Source of the DNA: Mycolicibacterium smegmatis
GTDB taxonomy: Bacteria; Actinomycetota; Actinomycetes; Mycobacteriales; Mycobacteriaceae
Direction: 5' to 3'
DNA length: 32,000 nt
Assembly (NCBI RefSeq): GCF_001457595.1
Contig: NZ_LN831039.1
Span: 2,310,001 to 2,342,000, forward strand
This document shows, in pieces, positions 1 through 9,032 of this stretch; position 1 is the stretch's first letter, and the number at the start of each line of letters is the position of its first letter. The position numbers and the translations under genes are program-made. The notes under the pieces are model-generated. The model did no database searches. It saw only the letters and a list, made by a program, of their open reading frames with translations, and was not told the DNA's origin.

Positions 1-1
1 C

Positions 2-1942
2 GGCGACAGCCCGCTGGTGCGCCAGATCTACATCTACGGCAACAGTGCACGCGCCTACCTGCTGGCCGTGGTCGTCCCCACCGAGGACGCGCTGCGTCAC
101 AGCGGCGGCAACATCGATCAATTGAAGCCCGCGATCAGTGCGTCTTTCCAGGACATCGCGAGGGCTGCGGGGCTGCAGTCCTACGAGATCCCACGCGACT
201 TCCTCGTCGAGACCACGCCGTTCAGCCTCGAGAACGGCCTGCTCACCGGTATCCGCAAGCTGGCCCGCCCGAAACTGAAGGCACACTACGCCGAACGGCT
301 CGAAGCCCTCTACGCCGAACTGGCCGACAAGCAGGCCGACGAACTGGCGGCCCTGCGTCGCAACGGCGCGCAGCGGCCGGTGCTGGAAACCGTCAGCCGC
401 GCGGCCGGTGCGCTGCTCGGGGCGACGGCCGACACCCTGGCACCCGACGCGCACTTCACCGATCTCGGCGGAGATTCCCTGTCGGCGTTGACGTTCGGCA
501 ACCTTCTCCGGGAGGTCTTCGGCGTCGACGTACCGGTGGGTGTGATCGTCAGCCCGGCCAGTGATCTGCGGTCCATCGCGAACTACGTCGAAGCGCAACG
601 CGGGTCAGGTGCGGCCGGGCCCTCGTTCGCGTCGGTGCACGGCCGGAACGCCACCCAGGTGCGCGCGGTCGACCTCACCCTGGAGAAGTTCCTCGACTCG
701 CAAACGTTGACCGCGCCGCGGTCGGCGCCGAGTGCCGACGTGCGCACGGTGCTGCTGACCGGGGCGACCGGTTTTCTCGGGCGCTACCTGGCCCTGGAGT
801 GGCTCGAGCGGATGAGCGAGGTCGGCGGCACCGTGATCTGTCTCGTACGGGCCAAGGACGACGCGTCGGCCCGCCGCCGGCTCGATCGGACATTCGACAG
901 CGGCGATCCAGAACTGCTGCACCACTATCTGGATCTGGCCGACCGGCACCTGCGGGTGATCGCGGGGGACAAGGGCGAAGCGAACCTGGGGCTGGACCCG
1001 GGTACCTGGCAACAACTTGCCGACACGGTGGACGTCATCGTCGACCCCGCGGCGCTGGTCAACCACGTGTTGCCGTACCAGGAGTTGTTCGGCCCCAATG
1101 TCGTGGGCACGGCCGAACTGATCCGGCTTGCGCTGACGACGAAGCCGAAGCCCTACACGTATGTGTCGACCATCGGCGTGGGAGACCAGATCGAACCGTC
1201 GATGTTCACCGAGGATGCCGACATCCGGACCGTCAGCGCGGTGCGTGCCATCGACGACAGCTACGCGAACGGATACGGCAACAGCAAGTGGGCCGGAGAG
1301 GTGCTGCTGCGGGAGGCCCATGACCGGTGTGGGCTGCCGGTCGCGGTGTTCCGCTGCGACATGATCCTGGCCGACACCACATGGGCGGGCCAGCTCAACG
1401 TGCCGGACATGTTCACGCGGCTGATGCTGAGCCTCGTCGCAACGGGCATCGCGCCCGGTTCGTTCTACGAACTCGACGCGCACGGAAACCGGCAGCGCGC
1501 ACACTACGACGGCCTGCCGGTCGGGTTCATCGCCGAGGCGATCGCGACCCTGGGAGCCGCTGCGGCCGACGGATTTTCGACATACCACGTGATGAACCCG
1601 CACGATGACGGTATCGGTCTGGACGAATTCGTCGACTGGCTCGACGAGGCGGGGTACCCGATCGAGCGCATACCGGACTACGCCGCGTGGCTGCAACGGT
1701 TCGACACGGCGCTGCATGCGCTGCCGGACGCGCAACGCCAGGCGTCGCTGCTGCCGCTACTGCACAACTACCAGCACCCCGAGAAGCCGATCCGTGGGTC
1801 GCAGGCACCCACGGATCGGTTTCGGGCAGCGGTGCGTCAGGTGAAGATCGGTGCGGGTGAGGGCAGCCGGGATATTCCGCAGGTGTCCGCGCCGATCATC
1901 GTCAAGTACGTCACCGATCTGCAGAAGGTCGGCCTGTTGTAA
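2..1942 (+). CDS. car: Carboxylic acid reductase (CAR/FadD9 family), 3' portion: end of the adenylation domain, carrier domain and terminal thioester-reductase domain. The 5' end lies outside the window.
   Basis: The frame is open from the window edge ([27 protein letters not shown]...). It carries the carrier-domain motif [11 protein letters not shown] (about nt 455-487). The R domain shows the Rossmann motif [13 protein letters not shown] (about nt 752-790) and the SDR-type YGNSK. Stop TAA at 1940-1942. Confidence 0.9.
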   Translation, partial: GDSPLVRQIYIYGNSARAYLLAVVVPTEDALRHSGGNIDQLKPAISASFQDIARAAGLQSYEIPRDFLVETTPFSLENGLLTGIRKLARPKLKAHYAERLEALYAELADKQADELAALRRNGAQRPVLETVSRAAGALLGATADTLAPDAHFTDLGGDSLSALTFGNLLREVFGVDVPVGVIVSPASDLRSIANYVEAQRGSGAAGPSFASVHGRNATQVRAVDLTLEKFLDSQTLTAPRSAPSADVRTVLLTGATGFLGRYLALEWLERMSEVGGTVICLVRAKDDASARRRLDRTFDSGDPELLHHYLDLADRHLRVIAGDKGEANLGLDPGTWQQLADTVDVIVDPAALVNHVLPYQELFGPNVVGTAELIRLALTTKPKPYTYVSTIGVGDQIEPSMFTEDADIRTVSAVRAIDDSYANGYGNSKWAGEVLLREAHDRCGLPVAVFRCDMILADTTWAGQLNVPDMFTRLMLSLVATGIAPGSFYELDAHGNRQRAHYDGLPVGFIAEAIATLGAAAADGFSTYHVMNPHDDGIGLDEFVDWLDEAGYPIERIPDYAAWLQRFDTALHALPDAQRQASLLPLLHNYQHPEKPIRGSQAPTDRFRAAVRQVKIGAGEGSRDIPQVSAPIIVKYVTDLQKVGLL

Positions 1943-2032
1943 GGGGCGGCGGCGGCCGTCTTGATCGACGACGGCTCCCGTCGTGGCCGGAGTGGTCCTT
2001 CAGGAGCACCATTGCGTCCGGCGATCCGAAAG

Positions 2033-2059
2033 CGGTAAAGTGGCTAAGCCGCTTTACCG
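2033..2059. promoter_or_regulatory. 27-bp near-perfect palindrome (12 of 13 arm pairs), CGGTAAAGTGGCT-A-AGCCGCTTTACCG, abutting the RBS of the LLM gene. Candidate repressor operator; alternatively an RNA hairpin.
   Basis: Read directly from the sequence. The core TGGCTAAGCCG (2041-2051) belongs to the TGGCT-N-AGCCA family seen at 5417, 14284 and 14400. AGGAGG at 2061-2066 and ATG at 2074 follow immediately. Confidence 0.5.
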
Positions 2060-2073
2060 AAGGAGGATTGCGG

Positions 2074-2913
2074 ATGCCGGTACGGCTTGGAATCGGGATT
2101 CCCACCACCATCGGTCCGCCCCGTGCGCCCGAGCTGTCGCGATGGTGTCGGGAAGCCGAAGAACGTGGAGCCAGCAGCCTGTCCTGCGTGGACCGCCTCA
2201 ATTACCCGAACCTTGACTCTTTCCTGGCCCTCGCCGCGGCGGCTGCCGTCACCCACACGGTCCGGCTCCTCGCCACGGTCGTGGTCGCGCCCCTGCGCGG
2301 CAATGGGGAGCTGCTCCGAAAACAGCTCGCCAACCTGCACCACTTCTCCGGTCGCCGCTTCGACGTCGGTCTGGGTGTCGGTCGGCGCGACGACGACTAC
2401 GTCGCCTCCGACGTCGACTTCTCCACTCGTGGAAAGCGGTTCGACGCCCAACTCGACCGGCTCTTCGGGACTGGCGAAGACAAGAGCCCCGAGCTTCCCT
2501 GTGTGATGTTCGGCGGACAGAGCCCGGCGACCCTTCGGCGAATTGCCCGGTGGGGCGGAGGGTGGGTCTCGGCGGCCGGGCTGGGCGGGCTGCAATCGAC
2601 CATCGAGTTCTCCCAGCAGGTCCACGAAGCCTGGTCGAGCGCAAATCGGCCCGGAAAACCACGATTGGTCGCCCTCGCGTACGCGGCAGTCGGGAAGCAG
2701 GCGGCCACCCACGCCCGCACCCACATGCAGGAGTACTACGGGTTCCTCGGTACCGAGGGTGTCGATCGGCTCACCCGCCAGGTCATCAAAGGACACGATC
2801 AACTCACCGACGCCCGCGGCCGACTCGCCGACGCCGGGTTCGACGAACTCATCGTGCTCCCGACCTCCGACTCACTGGACCAACTCGCGCTCCTCGACGA
2901 ATCCACCGCATAA
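2074..2913 (+). CDS. Luciferase-like (LLM class) oxidoreductase, about 280 aa, F420- or flavin-dependent type
   Basis: ATG 2074 sits 7 nt after AGGAGG (2061-2066). The track ORF begins at TTG 2068. The sequence MPVRLGIGIP...AEERGASSLSCVDRLNYPN...RFDVGLGVGRRDDDY is typical of short LLM/F420-type TIM-barrel oxidoreductases. Confidence 0.85.
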   Translation: MPVRLGIGIPTTIGPPRAPELSRWCREAEERGASSLSCVDRLNYPNLDSFLALAAAAAVTHTVRLLATVVVAPLRGNGELLRKQLANLHHFSGRRFDVGLGVGRRDDDYVASDVDFSTRGKRFDAQLDRLFGTGEDKSPELPCVMFGGQSPATLRRIARWGGGWVSAAGLGGLQSTIEFSQQVHEAWSSANRPGKPRLVALAYAAVGKQAATHARTHMQEYYGFLGTEGVDRLTRQVIKGHDQLTDARGRLADAGFDELIVLPTSDSLDQLALLDESTA

Positions 2914-2932
2914 GCCCAGGTGAAAGACCTCT

Positions 2933-4375
2933 ATGAAAGGAACGCAGACGATGCACGACGGTCCGACGGCCATGTATATCAACGGCGAATGGGTCGCCGA
3001 GGGGGAGAACGGCACAACCACTCTCACCGCACCGTTCGACGGACGCGAGTTGGCCGTCATCCCCGTCGGAGGGCGCCGCGACGTCGAACGCGCGGTGCAG
3101 GCCGCCCACAATGCGCGACGTACAGGTCTCCCGCTGGACCGGCGGCTGACCATCCTTGAGGCGGTGGCGGCGTCGATCGCCGCGCGCAGCGAGGATTTCG
3201 CCCGCGCGATCGCGCTCGAATGCGCCAAACCCATCAAGACCGCACGCGCGGAGGTGCTGCGCGCGATCGATACGATCAAGTTCTCGGTCGCCGCCGCACG
3301 CACACTCGGTTCGGAAAGCGTGCCGCTCGATGCAACGGCGCCGGGCGCGGGCAAGACCACCTTCACCAAGCGTGTCCCCGTCGGGGTCGTGGCGGCGATC
3401 GCGCCGTTCAACTTCCCGCTCAACCTCGTGGTGCACAAGGTCGCACCCGCACTCGCGGTGGGATGCCCGGTTGTCCTCAAACCCGCGACCCAGACACCGC
3501 TGTCGGCCCTACTGCTCGCCGAGGTGTTCCATGAGGCCGGACTGCCGGCGGGGTGGCTCAACGTCGTGTGCGGATCAGGAGCCGAGGTCGGGGGGGCGCT
3601 CGCCACGCATCCCGATGTCGCGTACGTGACGTTCACCGGGTCGCCCCAGGTGGGTTGGGGCATCGCCGAGGCCGCCCCCAAGAAGAAGGTCCGCCTGGAG
3701 CTCGGGTCCAACGCGCCGTTGATCGTCGACCGTGAGTCCGACTGGGAAGCAGCGGCCGATCAGGCGGTCTTCGGGGCGTTCGTGCAGGCCGGCCAGTCCT
3801 GCGTGTCGACGCAGCGCATCTTCGTCCACGAAGACGTTGTCGACGCGTTCACCGAGCGTATGGCGGCCGCGACCCGGGACCTGGTGGTCGGTGATCCACT
3901 CGACGAGACCGTCGACGTCTCGGCCGTCATCAACGAAGGCGAGGCCATCCGGGTGGAGAAGTGGATCGCCGAAGCAGAAGCCGGCGGCGCGAAAGTAGTT
4001 GTGGGAGGCGAGCGTTCCGGAGCTGTTGTGACGCCCACGATCATCAGGGGTGTCGACCGGGCCGCCAAGGTGCAGTGCCAGGAGGTGTTCGGTCCGGTGG
4101 TGACCATCAACTCGTTCGCCGAGTTCACCGAGGCCCTCGCCGCGGCGAACGACTCCGTCTTCGGTCTCAACGCCGGCGTGTTCACGACGAATCTTCGGCA
4201 TGCGCTGCAGGCCATCGAGGAGCTCGAGTTCGGAAGTGTCTACATCAACGATGTGCCCACCGTCCGCGCTGATCAGCAGCCCTACGGCGGGGTCAAGGAA
4301 TCGGGAAACACGCGGGAGGGTCCGCGGTACGCGATGGAGGAGATGACCGAGCTGAAGTTCATCACGCTCCGTTGA
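2933..4375 (+). CDS. NAD(P)+-dependent aldehyde dehydrogenase (ALDH superfamily)
   Basis: 480 aa. ALDH motifs are FNFPLNLVVHKVAPALAVGCPVVLKP, catalytic Glu in ELGSNAP, catalytic Cys in GQSCVSTQR, and C-terminal PYGGVKESGNTREG. The start could alternatively be ATG 2951. Confidence 0.92.
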   Translation: MKGTQTMHDGPTAMYINGEWVAEGENGTTTLTAPFDGRELAVIPVGGRRDVERAVQAAHNARRTGLPLDRRLTILEAVAASIAARSEDFARAIALECAKPIKTARAEVLRAIDTIKFSVAAARTLGSESVPLDATAPGAGKTTFTKRVPVGVVAAIAPFNFPLNLVVHKVAPALAVGCPVVLKPATQTPLSALLLAEVFHEAGLPAGWLNVVCGSGAEVGGALATHPDVAYVTFTGSPQVGWGIAEAAPKKKVRLELGSNAPLIVDRESDWEAAADQAVFGAFVQAGQSCVSTQRIFVHEDVVDAFTERMAAATRDLVVGDPLDETVDVSAVINEGEAIRVEKWIAEAEAGGAKVVVGGERSGAVVTPTIIRGVDRAAKVQCQEVFGPVVTINSFAEFTEALAAANDSVFGLNAGVFTTNLRHALQAIEELEFGSVYINDVPTVRADQQPYGGVKESGNTREGPRYAMEEMTELKFITLR

Positions 4376-4446
4376 GCGGTCGGCTCACCGGACATTCCTG
4401 CCCGCGGAACTACCATGGTCGGAGTTTTGGTGACTGAGGAGTGTCA

Positions 4447-5235
4447 ATGACGCGTGGCGGGCCATCGAGGTCGGAGAGCAATGCGGCTGCTCGCCGGGCA
4501 ATGGACGAGCAGTACCGCCAGAGCTTTCAGCTCGAGCCCGTCACGCGCATCGCCGATCGGGTCGCCGACCAGGTCCGCGATTACATCGTGGCCAACGACC
4601 TGGAGCCTGGTGCCCGGCTGCCGTCCGAGCGGCGTCTCGCCGAGCTCGTGGGCAGTTCGCGCCCCACGGTCAGCCAGGCGCTGCGAAGCCTCGCTGTGAC
4701 CGGGCTGATCGAGATACGGCCGGGTGCAGGGGCTTTCGTCCTGCGCAAACCCACCACCGCGGTGGGCACAGGTCTGCAGATGATGATCGAGCTGGAGCCG
4801 GACAGCATCGGCGAGGCCGTGGACATGCGCCATCTGCTGGAGATGGCCGCCATGGAACGCATCACGACAAGGCCCACGCTTGACCTCGGCAGCATCGACG
4901 AGGCGCTGGAGCGCCTGCGGGCGGCCAAAGGGAGTGCGGCGGAATGGATCGCGGCCGATACCAACTTCCACGTCGCGTTCATCCGTCTCGCGGAGAACCG
5001 CTTCTTGACCAGCGTGTTCGAGAGCGTCCACGATGCGGTTGTCGCGAGGGCCTATCAGAGCTGGATCGTCGCGAACGAGCCGCCGCCCTGGCTGGCAGGT
5101 AAAGAGTTCGCGGCGCAGATCGCCCTGCATGAGCCGATCGTCGCTGCGCTGCGGGCAAGTGACCGTGCGCAATTGGCCACGGCGCTGACGCGCCACCAGG
5201 AGGCTCTCGAAGCGCACATGCGTCTTCACGGCTGA
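4447..5235 (+). CDS. GntR-family transcriptional regulator, FadR subfamily (N-terminal wHTH plus FCD-type C-terminal domain)
   Basis: wHTH signature LPSERRLAELVGSSRPTVSQALRSLAVTGLIEIRPGAGAFV. ATG 4447 sits 5 nt after GAGGAG (4436-4441). The track ORF begins at GTG 4441 in the same frame. Confidence 0.9.
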   Translation: MTRGGPSRSESNAAARRAMDEQYRQSFQLEPVTRIADRVADQVRDYIVANDLEPGARLPSERRLAELVGSSRPTVSQALRSLAVTGLIEIRPGAGAFVLRKPTTAVGTGLQMMIELEPDSIGEAVDMRHLLEMAAMERITTRPTLDLGSIDEALERLRAAKGSAAEWIAADTNFHVAFIRLAENRFLTSVFESVHDAVVARAYQSWIVANEPPPWLAGKEFAAQIALHEPIVAALRASDRAQLATALTRHQEALEAHMRLHG

Positions 5236-5265
5236 GTCCACGCGCCGAGAACAGCGCGCACTTCG

Positions 5266-5301
5266 AAAGCCGGTTCCCTGACCTCAGGGGGCCGGCTTTT
5301 T
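5266..5301 (+). terminator. Intrinsic terminator ending the LLM-ALDH-GntR unit
   Basis: AAAGCCGGTTCCCTGA / TCAGGGGGCCGGCTTT forms a GC-rich stem of about 12 bp (two G-U pairs) with a small loop, followed by TTTTT (5297-5301). It lies 31 nt after the GntR stop. Confidence 0.7.
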
Positions 5302-5368
5302 CATGTCACTCGTCGCCGGATGCGGCCGAAAGCTTTGTCCCCGTTCGGGGTTGATCTTCCTCAGGCAG

Positions 5369-5398
5369 TTGACATTCGTGTGGTACCAGACACACAAT
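5369..5398 (+). promoter_or_regulatory. Candidate sigma-A-type promoter of the transketolase operon (TTGACA, 18 nt, CACAAT)
   Basis: TTGACA at 5369-5374, an 18-nt spacer, then CACAAT at 5393-5398. It lies about 45 nt upstream of the TTG start at 5443 and directly upstream of the dyad at 5402-5427. Confidence 0.4.
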
Positions 5399-5401
5399 AG
5401 C

Positions 5402-5427
5402 GGCTAAGCGGCTAGGTGGCTTAGCCA
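5402..5427. promoter_or_regulatory. Candidate GntR operator: GGCTAAGC-N9-GCTTAGCC, containing the perfect 11-bp dyad TGGCTTAGCCA (5417-5427)
   Basis: The inverted repeat was read directly. It lies between the putative -10 element and the RBS GGAGGA (5432-5437) of the transketolase N-subunit gene. Confidence 0.5.
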
Positions 5428-5442
5428 AATTGGAGGAAGTAA

Positions 5443-6339
5443 TTGTCTACATGCACCATCCCCGCAGCGACGCCGGCGGCCGGCGACCGGCAGTTCAGCG
5501 ATGACGACATCCGACGGGCCGCCTGGCGCATCCGCCGGCGTGCACTCGACATGGTGGCGCGGGAGGGGTTCGGCTACCTGGGCCAAGCACTCTCGGCAGC
5601 CGAGCTTTTCGCTTCGCTGTACGTCGGCGCACTGACCCCCGATGACGAACTCGTCGTCTCACCAGGGCATTACGCGATCGCCCACTATGCCGCGGGAGTT
5701 GAGGTCGGACGTATCGACGAGGCAGAGCTCGCGACCTACGGCGTCGACGGTTCGCGGCTGGAGTCCATCGGAACCGAACGCACTCCGGGCCTTTCGGTCA
5801 CGTGCGGATCGCTCGGACAAGGGCTGTCGGTCGCCGCGGGGCTGGCGCTCGGCGCGAAGTTGCAGGACGCCTCGAAGTTCACGTATGCCGTGGTCAGCGA
5901 CGGCGAGATGGAAGAAGGGCAGACCTGGGAGGCCGCGCTGTTCGCAGCGCACCACGGACTGTCCGATCTCATCGTCCTGCTCGACCGCAACGACAGTCAG
6001 GTCGACGGCCCGACGCACACGGTCACCACCCTCGAGCCGGTGACCGACAAGTGGGCGGCCTTCGGCTGGGACGTGCGCGCCGTCGACGGACACGACGTCG
6101 GACAACTTCGCGCCGCCGTGCGCGCGGCGCAAGAGACGTCGGCGCCGTCGGTCATCGTCGCCAAGACCTGGACGCTCTCGGGCCTCGACCACATCCTTCC
6201 CGACGAGGCCGACGGCCACTTCCTCAAGGTCTCGCCCGATCAGATCGCACGAGCACGCAAGCACCTGGTCGAGGCAGAGCAGGAGGCACGAAAAGTCCAA
6301 CCCGCCCCGTGGGGTGACCGTGAGGAGGCACGGGCATGA
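5443..6339 (+). CDS. Transketolase, N-terminal (ThDP/PP-binding) subunit of a split transketolase
   Basis: 298 aa. It carries the ThDP-binding region VVSDGEMEEGQTWEAALFAAHHGLSDLIVLLDRND and the HYA...GSLGQGLSVAAG motifs. TTG start sits 5 nt after GGAGGA. The stop overlaps the next start (ATGA at 6336-6339). Confidence 0.88.
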   Translation: MSTCTIPAATPAAGDRQFSDDDIRRAAWRIRRRALDMVAREGFGYLGQALSAAELFASLYVGALTPDDELVVSPGHYAIAHYAAGVEVGRIDEAELATYGVDGSRLESIGTERTPGLSVTCGSLGQGLSVAAGLALGAKLQDASKFTYAVVSDGEMEEGQTWEAALFAAHHGLSDLIVLLDRNDSQVDGPTHTVTTLEPVTDKWAAFGWDVRAVDGHDVGQLRAAVRAAQETSAPSVIVAKTWTLSGLDHILPDEADGHFLKVSPDQIARARKHLVEAEQEARKVQPAPWGDREEARA

Positions 6340-7370
6340 GCAAGGCGCAATCCCTTCGCGCTCCCTACGCCACCGTGCTGAAGCCCTATGGCTCGGCACT
6401 CGTGGACCTGGCGAGGCGGAAATCGAACGTCGTCTGCCTCGGGGCCGACCTCACGCGTCAAACCGAGACCGACCTGTTCCGCGACCAACTCGGCGACAGG
6501 TTCTTCAACGGCGCCATGAGCGAACAGAACCTCATGGGCGTGGCGGCCGGCCTTGCGCGGACCGGCCATCAGGTCTTTGTGAACACGTTCGGCGTGTTCG
6601 CGACGCGACGCCCCTACGAGCAGGTCGCAATGCAGATCGCCTATGCCGGCCTCGATGTGAAGATCGTCGGGCTCATGCCGGGCCTGTCGACGCCGGGCGG
6701 ACCCAGTCATCAGGCAACCGACGACATCGCCCTGATGCGCGCGCTGCCGAACATGACGGTGATCGACGTCGCGGACGCGCGTGAGATCCCGCAGGCCGTC
6801 ACCGCGATCTCCGAGATCCCCGGCCCGGTGTACATGCGGCTCAAGCGCGGCGAGATCCCGGTCCTGTTCGACGAGGATCATCGCCTGGACCTCGACAACG
6901 TGGTGGTGGTCGACGGCGAGGCCGACGAGCGCGAACCCGTCGACCTCACCATCTTGGCGACGGGCATGATGGTCGCGACCTCGCTCGCCGCGGCCGACGC
7001 TCTTCGCAGCATCGGGATCTGCGTCAACGTCGTCAACGTCGCGTGCCTCAAGCCCCTCGACACGGCCGGTGTCCTTCGCCAGGCGCGTCGCTCGGCCGCG
7101 GTCGTCACCGCGGAAAACCACAGTGTGATCGGAGGACTCGGCAGCGCGGTCGCCGAGGTGATGGCCGAGGCGGGCCTGGCGGTACCACTTCGCCGCGTCG
7201 GTATCCAGGACACCTTCGCGCGCGCGGCGAGTGCGCGTTATCTCTTCGAGCACTACGGCCTGAGCAGCCAGCACCTGGTGGACACCGCAGCCGCGCTGTG
7301 CGGGCGCGACGCGCCCTATCCGCAGGTTGTCGAAGTGCCTCAGGAAGTCGGCGCCTACTCGCCGGTCTGA
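6336..7370 (+). CDS. Transketolase, C-terminal (pyrimidine-binding plus C-terminal domain) subunit
   Basis: 344 aa. FFNGAMSEQNLMGVAAGLARTGHQVFVNTFGVF is the Pyr-domain signature with the conserved Glu. A 4-nt ATGA overlap couples it to the upstream subunit gene. Confidence 0.9.
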   Translation: MSKAQSLRAPYATVLKPYGSALVDLARRKSNVVCLGADLTRQTETDLFRDQLGDRFFNGAMSEQNLMGVAAGLARTGHQVFVNTFGVFATRRPYEQVAMQIAYAGLDVKIVGLMPGLSTPGGPSHQATDDIALMRALPNMTVIDVADAREIPQAVTAISEIPGPVYMRLKRGEIPVLFDEDHRLDLDNVVVVDGEADEREPVDLTILATGMMVATSLAAADALRSIGICVNVVNVACLKPLDTAGVLRQARRSAAVVTAENHSVIGGLGSAVAEVMAEAGLAVPLRRVGIQDTFARAASARYLFEHYGLSSQHLVDTAAALCGRDAPYPQVVEVPQEVGAYSPV

Positions 7371-7413
7371 GACCGCCTCGAACGTCGGAAGTCAAACCCG
7401 TTAGGAGAAGAAT

Positions 7414-8805
7414 GTGAGTGCAACCGATACCAGCCTGCCCACGGGCTGGCGGCCGAGCGAACTGGGGGCCCACGCCGTGCCGGTGGGCTCGCCGGGGACC
7501 ACCATGGCGGTCGACTGGGAGCGCCGGATCGACTTCGATCGCCTTCGCACCCAGCGGCTCACCCGAGCCCTCGACGCCCTCGAGCGCAGTGAACTCGGGG
7601 CGCTGCTGCTCTTCGACATGAACAACATCCGCTACACGACGGCCACCCACATCGGAAACTGGGCCAGGGACAAGCTGTTCCGGATGGCCCTTCTGATCCG
7701 CGGTCAGGCGCCGATCCTGTGGGACATCGGTTCGGCCGCCCGGCTGCACCAGATGCAGGCTCCGTGGCTGCCTCAGGACAGCTGGCGGGCCGGACTCTCG
7801 ACATGGCGCGGCGCGATCGACGACGAGGTCGGCGTGCAGACCGGCAACGCGAAGAAGGTCGCCGACCTCCTGCGCGAGCACGGACTCGCCAACGATCCCG
7901 TCGGCGTCGACGTGGTCGAACTTCCCATGCTCAAAGCCCTTGAGGCCGAGGGCCTCACCATCGTCGACGGTCAGGGCCTCATGCTCGATGTCCGATCGAT
8001 CAAGACCGTCGACGAGATCGCCCTGCTGGACCACGCCGCTGCGTGCGTCGACGCGGCCTACGAGGAGCTCTACAAGTTTCTCCGCGTGGGCGTCAAAGAG
8101 AACGAGACCGTCGCACTGGTCAACAAGGTCCTCTACGAACTGGGCAGCGAAGAGGTCGAGGCCGTCAACGCCATCAGCGGCGAGCGTTGCAGCCCGCACC
8201 CACATGTGTTCAGCGACCGCATGATCCGGCCGATGGACACCGCGTACTTCGACATCGTCCACTCGTACATGGGTTACCGGACGTGCTACTACCGCACGCT
8301 GAACGTCGCAGGCGCGACACGTGCCCAGCGTGACGCGTACAAGCGGGCGCGCGAATACATCGACCTGGCCATCAGCGAGGTGAAACCGGGTGTGCTGACC
8401 TCCGACATCGTCAAGCACTTCCCGGCCGCACAGGAATTCGGCTTCGCCAGCGAGGAGGAAGCGTTCGGGCTGCAGTACTGCCACGGTGTCGGCCTCTCGG
8501 TCTGGGAGAAGCCGCTGATGAGCCGCTACCACTCCTTCGACCATCCGGTCGAGATCAAGGAGGGGATGGTGTTCGCGCTCGAAACCTACTGGCCGACTGC
8601 CGACGGATCTTCGGCGGCGCGCATCGAGGAGGAGGTCGAGGTGACCGCGACCGGAGCCAGGGTGATCACCCGTTTCCCGGCCGATGAGCTTCTCGTGGCA
8701 GGCACCAGGTACTGGAACGGCTTCGATTTCCCCGAGATCAAGGCGCCGATCGGGCGGGGTGTCGCCTCCGGGGTGGCGGCGACCAACGGGGCCGGCGCGA
8801 GCTGA
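7414..8805 (+). CDS. M24-family (creatinase/prolidase fold) hydrolase, DddP/creatinase-like branch
   Basis: 463 aa. The creatinase-type N-domain reads LGALLLFDMNNIRYTTATH. The pita-bread C-domain carries YFDIVHSYMGYRTCYYRT, YCHGVGLSVWEKP, GMVFALETYW and ARIEEEVEVT. GTG start follows AGGAGAAG (7403-7410). Confidence 0.85.
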   Translation: MSATDTSLPTGWRPSELGAHAVPVGSPGTTMAVDWERRIDFDRLRTQRLTRALDALERSELGALLLFDMNNIRYTTATHIGNWARDKLFRMALLIRGQAPILWDIGSAARLHQMQAPWLPQDSWRAGLSTWRGAIDDEVGVQTGNAKKVADLLREHGLANDPVGVDVVELPMLKALEAEGLTIVDGQGLMLDVRSIKTVDEIALLDHAAACVDAAYEELYKFLRVGVKENETVALVNKVLYELGSEEVEAVNAISGERCSPHPHVFSDRMIRPMDTAYFDIVHSYMGYRTCYYRTLNVAGATRAQRDAYKRAREYIDLAISEVKPGVLTSDIVKHFPAAQEFGFASEEEAFGLQYCHGVGLSVWEKPLMSRYHSFDHPVEIKEGMVFALETYWPTADGSSAARIEEEVEVTATGARVITRFPADELLVAGTRYWNGFDFPEIKAPIGRGVASGVAATNGAGAS

Positions 8806-9032
8806 TGTCGCGATCACGAGGCGTGGGCGAAACCGATGTGCGCACGGACCGGCGTCGCCACCTCGCCGTTGCCGGAGCCGGAGCAGTCGCCGTGATGCTC
8901 GCCGTTGCGTCGGCCGGCTGTTCCGGGGGCGGTTCCGGCGATGCCGGTGCGACCGACAAGGGTGTCCGCTCGGTCGACGTGGATGTCGTTCAGGGACCGA
9001 TGATCACGACACGGCCCTCATGGCTCCGGTAG
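8805..9032 (+). CDS. Small (75 aa) ORF with a Tat/lipoprotein-type signal (RRRHLAVAGAGAVAVMLAVASAGC); possible short lipoprotein or remnant of one
   Basis: The ATG overlaps the M24 stop (TGATG) and the ORF end overlaps the next gene by 13 nt. This frame looks better than the Arg-rich alternative frame across the 8806-9019 gap. Third-position GC looks only moderate. Confidence 0.3.
   Translation: MSRSRGVGETDVRTDRRRHLAVAGAGAVAVMLAVASAGCSGGGSGDAGATDKGVRSVDVDVVQGPMITTRPSWLR

Noticed and set aside
1955-1975. Hairpin GCCGTC-N9-GACGGC after the CAR stop as a terminator
   Set aside because: The stem is only 6 bp with a 9-nt loop and no U-tract, which is too weak to call.
4412-4419. 8-bp perfect palindromes ACCATGGT (4412-4419, upstream of GntR) and TGGTACCA (5381-5388, in the transketolase promoter spacer) as extra GntR boxes
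   Set aside because: Perfect 8-bp palindromes are expected on the order of a hundred times by chance in 32 kb. Without conservation data they carry no weight.
5303-5407. 34-codon ORF (MSLVAGCGRKLC...) in the GntR/transketolase intergenic region
   Set aside because: It has no RBS and starts inside the terminator tail. It also runs through the promoter and operator elements, and its codon usage is atypical.
8684-9019. N-terminal extension of the long track ORF 8684-10000, which would give a 438-aa dehydrogenase
   Set aside because: The extension is Arg/Cys-rich nonsense and overlaps the M24 gene end. The Rossmann fold GFLGLGNMG begins shortly after ATG 9020.
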